Positions 58,901 through 64,000 of a stretch of 64,000 nucleotides of DNA are shown here, piece by piece. The first letter of the stretch is position 1. Every line of letters begins with the position of its first letter. This DNA is from an uncultured Verrucomicrobiae bacterium (GTDB lineage: Bacteria > Verrucomicrobiota > Verrucomicrobiia > Chthoniobacterales > UBA10450), in contig CAVWPA010000003.1 in NCBI GenBank assembly GCA_963756875.1, positions 544,001 through 608,000 on the forward strand. The letters run 5' to 3'. Made by a program: the position numbers and the translations under genes. The notes beneath the pieces are model-generated. The model searched no databases, was not told where the DNA came from, and saw nothing but the letters and a program-made list of their open reading frames with translations.

Positions 58901-59207
58901 TGCTGGAACTCGGCCCCGGCAGCTTGCCATCAGTGATGTTCTCCCATTCGACGCCGTTGTCCGTGCTTTTCCAGACGCCGCCGCCCACCGTTCCGGCATA
59001 AAACAGGTTATTGTTTCCCCGAACGCCGGTCACCGTGACCACTCGCCCGCCGATGAACGGCCCGATGGAACGCCACTTGAGCTTGCTCATCAGGTCTTGC
59101 GTAGCAAGGGCCTTCGATTGTTGAGATTGCGCGAGCGCAGGAAGCAACGCAGCGAAAGCGAAAACAAAAAGCGTGCGGACATTCACAAAACCAAAAACAT
59201 TTTTCAT
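55962..59207 (-). CDS. Secreted BNR/Asp-box (VPS10/sortilin-like) beta-propeller glycosyl hydrolase-like protein
   Basis: WRSIGP..GGR, many S.D.G.TW Asp-boxes, ISPDLT, ATHGR.FWVLD, C-terminal helical tail. Confidence 0.88.
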   Translation of the reverse strand: MKNVFGFVNVRTLFVFAFAALLPALAQSQQSKALATQDLMSKLKWRSIGPFIGGRVVTVTGVRGNNNLFYAGTVGGGVWKSTDNGVEWENITDGKLPGPSSSIGAVAVAPSDPKILYVGTGEADIRANVIPGDGVYKSTDTGKTWQFAGLRDAHAISAILVDPKNPNVVYVASMGHVFAPDPNRGIFKSTDGGKSWKKILFVDNNTGAICLVMDPNHPGVMYATMWQAIRTPWGLISGGPGSGIYKSTDGGAHWSNITRNPGLPTTVLGRIGVSIAASKPNTVYAIIQAKEGGVFRSDDAGATWKRVNEEMKLRQRAFYYMTIYADPKDPNTVYAPEVDALWVSRDGGKTFNKLKTPHGDNHVVWINPDDTRILLEGNDGGATVSTDAGKTWSTEHNQPTGQFYHVNIDDQFPFHIYGAQQDEGAFEGPSAHAGGTIPLAAWHSVAYGESTYSVPQPGDPEITYGSGYYSIFVKHDRRTDEYRSVSPWPHYQEGASSGELKYRWGWTHPILFSPANPKELFTSAQYVFKSDDYGATWTQISPDLTRNEKSRQVPSGGPIDLDQSGAEIYPLVSALAVSPLDANLIWAGSDDGLAHVTTDGGKNWEKVTPPGLPESWISCIEPSHTDKQTAYLTARRYMLDDFKPYVFKTTDLGKHWTAITAGLPETEFVFDIRQDPNESKLLFLGTRSTVYFSLDEGDHWQPLTLNLPVAQVRDIAINTRQGEVVAATHGRAFWVLDNLAFLEQLAKNPAVQSNASFLFAPEQAWLTHDYGAFDPDRRRPPDAGYNPPFGATVFFHIPQNYDGKTPATLEFTDAQGKVIRSIPLHLATEKEIKEKERVSEAQVGGHLENVAAEVDHSEKSTDQKIREKEAKLAAVEPGMNRLQWDLRYPYATEITGFHAPIAAGGLEDSVEGPVVAPGTYSVVLNYGGQKTQQSFAVALDPRLHATKEDLEARLDLDLKIHADLDALNKQINEALAARDKLQKAVSAKSVTDAQAAGALAALTRDIDSVAELASRSSEGDLLYGTKLRDHLAYLASDIDLSYGKPTAAQSAVFSELDQKAKEGEQKLKADVEEADKVTAKK

Positions 59208-59652
59208 AATTCAATCCCTCCTCGGGAATTCTTTTTTTAATCGTCGCGCGTGTCAATAATATACCAACTCGGCTCAGGCCCTCGAAAGATCCAAGTTCCA
59301 AAATCCAAACCCCGAAGAAACTCCAAAGCTCAAATTAAGAAAGATTCTTGTAGCCACGGCGCTGGATGTTGGGCGTTTTCTGCTCCGACGTCTGACCCTG
59401 AACTTTAATCCTGCTCTTTCACTTTCACATGCACTCCCGTAAGTCCGTGGAAACACAAACAAAGCAGAGTAAGTGAAAGTGAATGTGTAAGATTCATGAT
59501 TTGCCCCGTTTTTCCGACTTCGGCGTTGGACGTTGAGCGTTGGATGTTGGGCGTTTTCTGACTTCCTTCTCCCTAGCCCTTGCCCCTTTGCTCTTTGCGC
59601 TTCCCCCGGCCTGCCCCTTGCTCATTACGATGTGTACGTTACTTTTTCGCCC

Positions 59653-60438
59653 GTGAAACCCGTAGTCCTCCCACTCGCTTCCCTTCTTTCACTGCTGCCA
59701 ATCTGCGCATTTGCGGGCAGCAACGTCGTCAACCTCTCCCACTACGACATGATGCATCCTGACTTTATCGGGATGAAAAACGAAGGCATCGTCGGCGTGA
59801 TTCATGAGGCGACTTATCCGCGGTACGAGCGCGACGACAAATATTATCGGCGACAGGTGGCCGCGACCGACGCCGGATTATTGTGGGGCGCGTATCATTT
59901 CGGCGACGGAACAAATCCCATCCGGCAGGCCGACCATTTTCTGAGAGTTGTTGAATCATCGCGGGTGCGGACGCCGTTTCAACTCGACGATCCTTCAAAG
60001 CCCGGCCCCGGCGTGTTACTGGTGCTCGATTTTGAACACAACGGCCATTATCCCGGCGGCACGATGACCGTTGGTCAGGCGGTGGCCTTCGTGGAGCGGA
60101 TCAAGCAGCGCACCGGGAAATATCCGGGTCTGTATGGCAGCGAGTATCGTCTGCGACAGATGTTGTACGGGCGCGGGTCGAATGAATCGTACCGGCGCAC
60201 GTTATCGAATTGCTGGCTTTGGATCGCCAATTATCACGACCAACCGCGCAACACATCGCCCTGGAGCACCTGGCGGCTGTGGCAATATTGCGGCGACGGC
60301 AAATGCGATTTGCGTCCTCGCCACAGGTTTCCGAAAAGCATCTCGAACATTAGAAAAGCCGAGCGCAACATCTTCCGCGGGACCGACGTCGCCCTTCGCA
60401 ACTTCTGGACCCAAAACGCCTGGCATCCCGAGGGCTGA
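59653..60438 (+). CDS. Glycoside hydrolase family 25 (lysozyme-like)
   Basis: GAYHF, QADHF, VLDFE, LWIANY, W.LWQY; signal-like N-terminus; GTG start inferred. Confidence 0.82.
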   Translation: MKPVVLPLASLLSLLPICAFAGSNVVNLSHYDMMHPDFIGMKNEGIVGVIHEATYPRYERDDKYYRRQVAATDAGLLWGAYHFGDGTNPIRQADHFLRVVESSRVRTPFQLDDPSKPGPGVLLVLDFEHNGHYPGGTMTVGQAVAFVERIKQRTGKYPGLYGSEYRLRQMLYGRGSNESYRRTLSNCWLWIANYHDQPRNTSPWSTWRLWQYCGDGKCDLRPRHRFPKSISNIRKAERNIFRGTDVALRNFWTQNAWHPEG

Positions 60439-60883
60439 GCAGGCGTGTCGCCTGCGAGAGATCATGATCTTGCTCATGCTCATGATCCTGATCGATACTA
60501 GATACTCGATCCTGGATGTTTCCTGCTGTAGGGGCGGGGCTTTCAAAACTCTGTCGAGCCGAGAAATCGCTGCCGCACGCGGTCTCGTGCTCGTGATCAA
60601 AGCCGGGAGCCAGGAGCGTGGAGCTCGCTGGTGGATCGGCCGCTCCGCCGGGCGATGCTAAAAATTTGGCAGCCTTTGGCAGCGTAGAAGTAACATCGAG
60701 CAAGGGACTGCTCGATCCACCTTTTCCCGCTTCCTCTTAGTCTTACTCCTGATCCTGATCGAAGCTCGAAGCGAGGCGCACCACGGCCCGCCGGATTCTA
60801 GATACCGGATCCTAGATACCACACACCAGAGACTGGATCTTAGATACTAAATACCACATACTGGGTCCTAGGTCCGGTAATCC

Positions 60884-61589
60884 ATGCTAGTCAGCCATTG
60901 TAAGCATTTTATCTACACGAAAACGGTCAAAACAGCGGGCACTTCCATCGAAGTCTATTTTGAACCGTATTGCGTGCCAGAAGGGGAATGGAGATTTCAA
61001 CACGGCCACACGGAATACGAAAGTGATTCGGGAATTATCGGTTATCGCGGAAAGAAGAACGGGGAGAAGAGATGGTTCAATCACATGCCTGCGGCGACGA
61101 TTCAAAGACAACTGGGCAAAGCGATTTGGGATGAGGTACTTCAAATTCTGCGTTGTCCGAAATCCCTTCGACAAATTAGTTTCAGCCTTCCATTTCGCAG
61201 AAGGACAGAAGAGTCATCCTGTAGCCGGAGAGAAACCGAGAACCCGGGTCAAAAGCCTGGGAAACTCCATGGATCAACGTCCGGTCGAAGAACGATTCAG
61301 GTCATGGATAATGCAGGGAGCCTTTCGAATGGATCGCGGTGCATACACAATCGATGGGAAAATTTGCATGGATTACTTCATTCGGTATGAGGATATCGAG
61401 AACGGCGTAAAGCACGTTTGCCAGGTCCTCGAAATTCCGTTCGAACCGGAACGAATCCCAAGTTTAAAGGTTGGATTCCGTCCCCGCGGGCTCTCGCTGC
61501 GCGATTATTATTCTCCTGAAACAATCCAGCTCGTAGTCGAACGATACGCGTTTGAATTCGACAATTTCGGCTATTCCACGGTTCCCTGA
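60884..61589 (+). pseudogene. Sulfotransferase family 2 protein split by a +1 frameshift near 61135
   Basis: FIYTKTVKTAGTS (PAPS 5'-PSB) in the first frame; YFKFCVVRNPFDKLVS and D..IRYE in the second. Removing one G from GAGGTAC gives …IWDEYFKF…. Confidence 0.8.
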
Positions 61590-61597
61590 GCGTCCGG

Positions 61598-61805
61598 TGT
61601 AGAGGCGGCTGTGTCAGCCGCAACATTACCCTCAGACTTGCGCGTGAGGACACGCGCCCCTACACAAGATGCCCTTTTTCTCGATTCGCGGGTCGCGGAT
61701 TGATCTTAGCGCCTTCCGGCGAATCGGTCGGCGAAGCCGCAAACCTTGGTAGGGACGCCGCGCCGCGGCGTCCGCTTCCGGACATCGCAGCGCGATGTCC
61801 CTGCC
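61598..61805. repeat. Two GTAG-tagged REP-like pairs (61598-61664 and 61748-61805)
   Basis: TGTAGAGGCGGCTG…CCCTACA and GGTAGGGACGCCGC…GGACATCGCAGCGCGATGTCCC (second unit shared with 55821). Confidence 0.78.
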
Positions 61806-61899
61806 ACCCACTGATCTCCGACCTCGCACTTCCGACATCCGTTTTCTACTGGAAAAACAGTCAACCTTGCCCGAGAGTATTCGGCTGAGGTTTTTTGCT

Positions 61900-63903
61900 T
61901 TGCCAGAGAACAAACCGAATCCAACTGCAACAACAAAGTCAGCCGTGCCGGACGGCGCACGGGAGTCCGCTGCACCGTCTTCAGACCGCCAGTCCGGCTC
62001 GGACAGGGCCGATCTTCGCCCCGAGTTCATCCACGACGCCGTAATCCGCCTGGCCGGCAATTCGCAGGACGGCATCCAAACCGCCGGCGCATTTCTCGCC
62101 CGGCTCGCCGGACGCAGCGCGCAGGAAGTCATGACTTACATGACCATTCCGGCCACGATTTCCGGCGGCCCCTCGATTTTCCAGGTCCGTATCGGAACCG
62201 GCGAGGTGCTTTCCTCGGGCGACGAAGCCGATTTTCTTGTCGCGTTTTATCAACACAGTTACGAGGACCACATCGACTTTTTGAAGGAAGGCGGCGTGCT
62301 CCTTTACGATTCCGATAACGTCCAGCCGAACCTCGACGACAAACGTTTCGTGTATGTGGGCGTGCCGATTACCGGGCTCACCATCGAAGCGCTCGGCGGC
62401 ACCGCCAAGGACAAGGGCAAAAACATTTTCGTTCTCGGATTGATCGCAAAAATTTTCAGCCTCGACGTCGAAAAACTGAAACGCATCATCACCGAAAAAT
62501 TCGCCGGCAAAGACGAAAGCATCGTCAACACCGCGATGATGGCGTTCCAGTCCGGGTACGCTTATCCGGTCGGAAAAATCCTGACACACCATTATCAATT
62601 CGAAAAAGTCGAGAAACCCGGCGGCCGCGCCCAGATCACCATGGACGGCAACCAGGCGCTCGCCTACGGACTCATCGCTGCCGGCGTCCGTTACGGCGCC
62701 GGTTATCCCATTACGCCCTGGTCGTCGGTCATGGAGGTGCTTCGGAGCGAGTTCCCGAAATACGGCGGACTTTTTGTCCAGGCTGAGGACGAGCTCGGCG
62801 CCGTATCGATCGCGCTCGGCTTTTCGTATTCCGGATATCTCGCCGTGACCGGCAGCGCCGGCCCGGGCATTTCGTTGAAGACCGAGGCGATCGGTTGGGC
62901 GTCGATGGCCGAGATCCCGATCATTATTTGCAACATCCAGCGGGGCGGCCCGAGCACCGGTCTGCCGACCAACGTCGAGCAGAGCGATTTGCATCAGGCG
63001 ATTTACGGCGGGCACGGCGACAGTCCGCGCGTCGTGCTGGCCGCGAAAACCGTGGAAGACTGTTTTTACACCGCCATCGAAGCGGCGCGGATCGCGCGCA
63101 AATACAGCACACCCGTTTTCATTTTGAGCGATGCCTCTCTGGCCACGCGGATCGAAGCGTTCGACGAGCCGGACCTTTCCAAATTAATGCAGGACCCGAA
63201 ACCCGATCTGACTCCGCGGCAGACATTCAAACCGTACCCGCTCGATGCCATCACGCAGCACATCCCGCCGGGAACACGGGTCCTCGATGAAAAATATCCG
63301 CTGCTCTCCGGGCTCGAGCACGACGAGATGGGCCATCCGACCGGCAATCCGAAGGTGCACATGGCCATGACGGCCAAGCGCCGGAACAAATTGCGCAAGC
63401 TGGCCGAAGAAATTCCGGTCCCGGAAGTGTACGGCGACCAGGAAGGCGACACGCTGCTCGTCGGCTGGGGATCGACCTACGGTCCAATCCACGACGCGGT
63501 GACCATGGCACGCGAGCAGGGGAAGAAAGTCGGGTCGATTCATTTCCGTCATCTGCATCCGTTGCCGAACGGGCTCGAAAAGATCTTCGCCAAATTCAAG
63601 CGCGTGGTGGTGGTGGAGATGAACGACCAGGGCGTTTATGGGTTTGGCCAGTTCGCCACGATTTTGCGTGCGCGCTATTGCGAACCAAAGATCGAAAGCT
63701 TCACCAAGACCGACGGCCTAACCTTCCGCGTAAAAGAAATTCTCCAGGGCGTCTTCCCGGATTGGGCTGGTAGGGACGCCGCGCTGCGGCGTCCGCCTTC
63801 TTCGCCGAATGGAGAAAAAACTGTAGAGGCAGAAAATCGCCACTCCGGCTCGGAGCCGGCCGCGCGGGAGAAGTCCGCGAAGCAAGGAGCAAGGAGCGCC
63901 TGA
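61900..63903 (+). CDS. 2-oxoacid:acceptor (ferredoxin) oxidoreductase alpha subunit (KorA-like, gamma-alpha fusion)
   Basis: AGNSQDGIQTAG, GNQALA.G, GYPITP.S, QAEDE, QRGGPSTGLPT..EQSD, GLEH, GWGST, VEMN.; TTG start inferred. Confidence 0.93.
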   Translation: MPENKPNPTATTKSAVPDGARESAAPSSDRQSGSDRADLRPEFIHDAVIRLAGNSQDGIQTAGAFLARLAGRSAQEVMTYMTIPATISGGPSIFQVRIGTGEVLSSGDEADFLVAFYQHSYEDHIDFLKEGGVLLYDSDNVQPNLDDKRFVYVGVPITGLTIEALGGTAKDKGKNIFVLGLIAKIFSLDVEKLKRIITEKFAGKDESIVNTAMMAFQSGYAYPVGKILTHHYQFEKVEKPGGRAQITMDGNQALAYGLIAAGVRYGAGYPITPWSSVMEVLRSEFPKYGGLFVQAEDELGAVSIALGFSYSGYLAVTGSAGPGISLKTEAIGWASMAEIPIIICNIQRGGPSTGLPTNVEQSDLHQAIYGGHGDSPRVVLAAKTVEDCFYTAIEAARIARKYSTPVFILSDASLATRIEAFDEPDLSKLMQDPKPDLTPRQTFKPYPLDAITQHIPPGTRVLDEKYPLLSGLEHDEMGHPTGNPKVHMAMTAKRRNKLRKLAEEIPVPEVYGDQEGDTLLVGWGSTYGPIHDAVTMAREQGKKVGSIHFRHLHPLPNGLEKIFAKFKRVVVVEMNDQGVYGFGQFATILRARYCEPKIESFTKTDGLTFRVKEILQGVFPDWAGRDAALRRPPSSPNGEKTVEAENRHSGSEPAAREKSAKQGARSA

Positions 63904-63904
63904 T

Positions 63905-64000
63905 ATGAACGGAAAACGCCCAACGCTCAACGCCGAACGCCCAACGTCAAAGTCAGAAGGGGCAACCGCCGTTGCCGTCTCGGCGGCAACTCTCACAAAC
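63905..64000 (+). CDS. 5' end of next gene, probably the oxidoreductase beta subunit (truncated)
   Basis: ATG separated by one base from the alpha-subunit stop and open to the window end; identity inferred from context only. Confidence 0.45.
   Translation, partial: MNGKRPTLNAERPTSKSEGATAVAVSAATLTN

Noticed and set aside
61981..63015. Long antisense ORFs (also 58263-59240, 23125-24090, 371-1210, 27165-28043)
   Set aside because: They are shadows of well-supported genes on the opposite strand in GC-rich DNA and have no recognisable motifs.
2484..63950. Short repeat arrays as a CRISPR array
   Set aside because: No constant 23-47-bp repeat with unique spacers and no cas genes. The repeats are tandem 6-8-mers or isolated hairpins.

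Overview
GC-rich bacterial chromosomal window with about 50 CDS and one tRNA-Leu(TAG). Gene content and repeat types suggest a soil Verrucomicrobiota/Chthoniobacterales-like organism (inference). From left to right it holds: a polyphosphate cluster (ppk1, ppgK-like ROK kinase, sixA, CHAD, CYTH) with a Pho-box-like site; a peptide-ligase cluster (RimK-type ATP-grasp, two YbdK/GCS2 ligases, M29 aminopeptidase, second ATP-grasp-like protein); envelope and housekeeping genes (AsmA-like, accA, nfo, rpmE-prfA-deaminase-prmC-murA); a REC/DUF4388 regulator; molybdenum-cofactor helpers; a PlcP/LpxH-like phosphoesterase; a sigma-54 two-component system with a MacAB/ADOP-type exporter array; a YdeP/FdhF molybdoenzyme; DUF2891, BNR-repeat and GH25 proteins; a frameshifted sulfotransferase; and a 2-oxoacid oxidoreductase alpha subunit. 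No transposase, integrase, CRISPR array or rRNA was seen. Highlights: (1) two sigma-54 promoters with matching geometry (tandem 16-bp palindromes 22 bp apart, 114-115 bp upstream of TGGCAC); (2) three unannotated single-TM microproteins that align without gaps, each the first gene after a regulated promoter; (3) several intergenic REP-like and heptamer repeat families inserted in frame in protein genes; (4) an in-frame relic of a second permease C-terminus.
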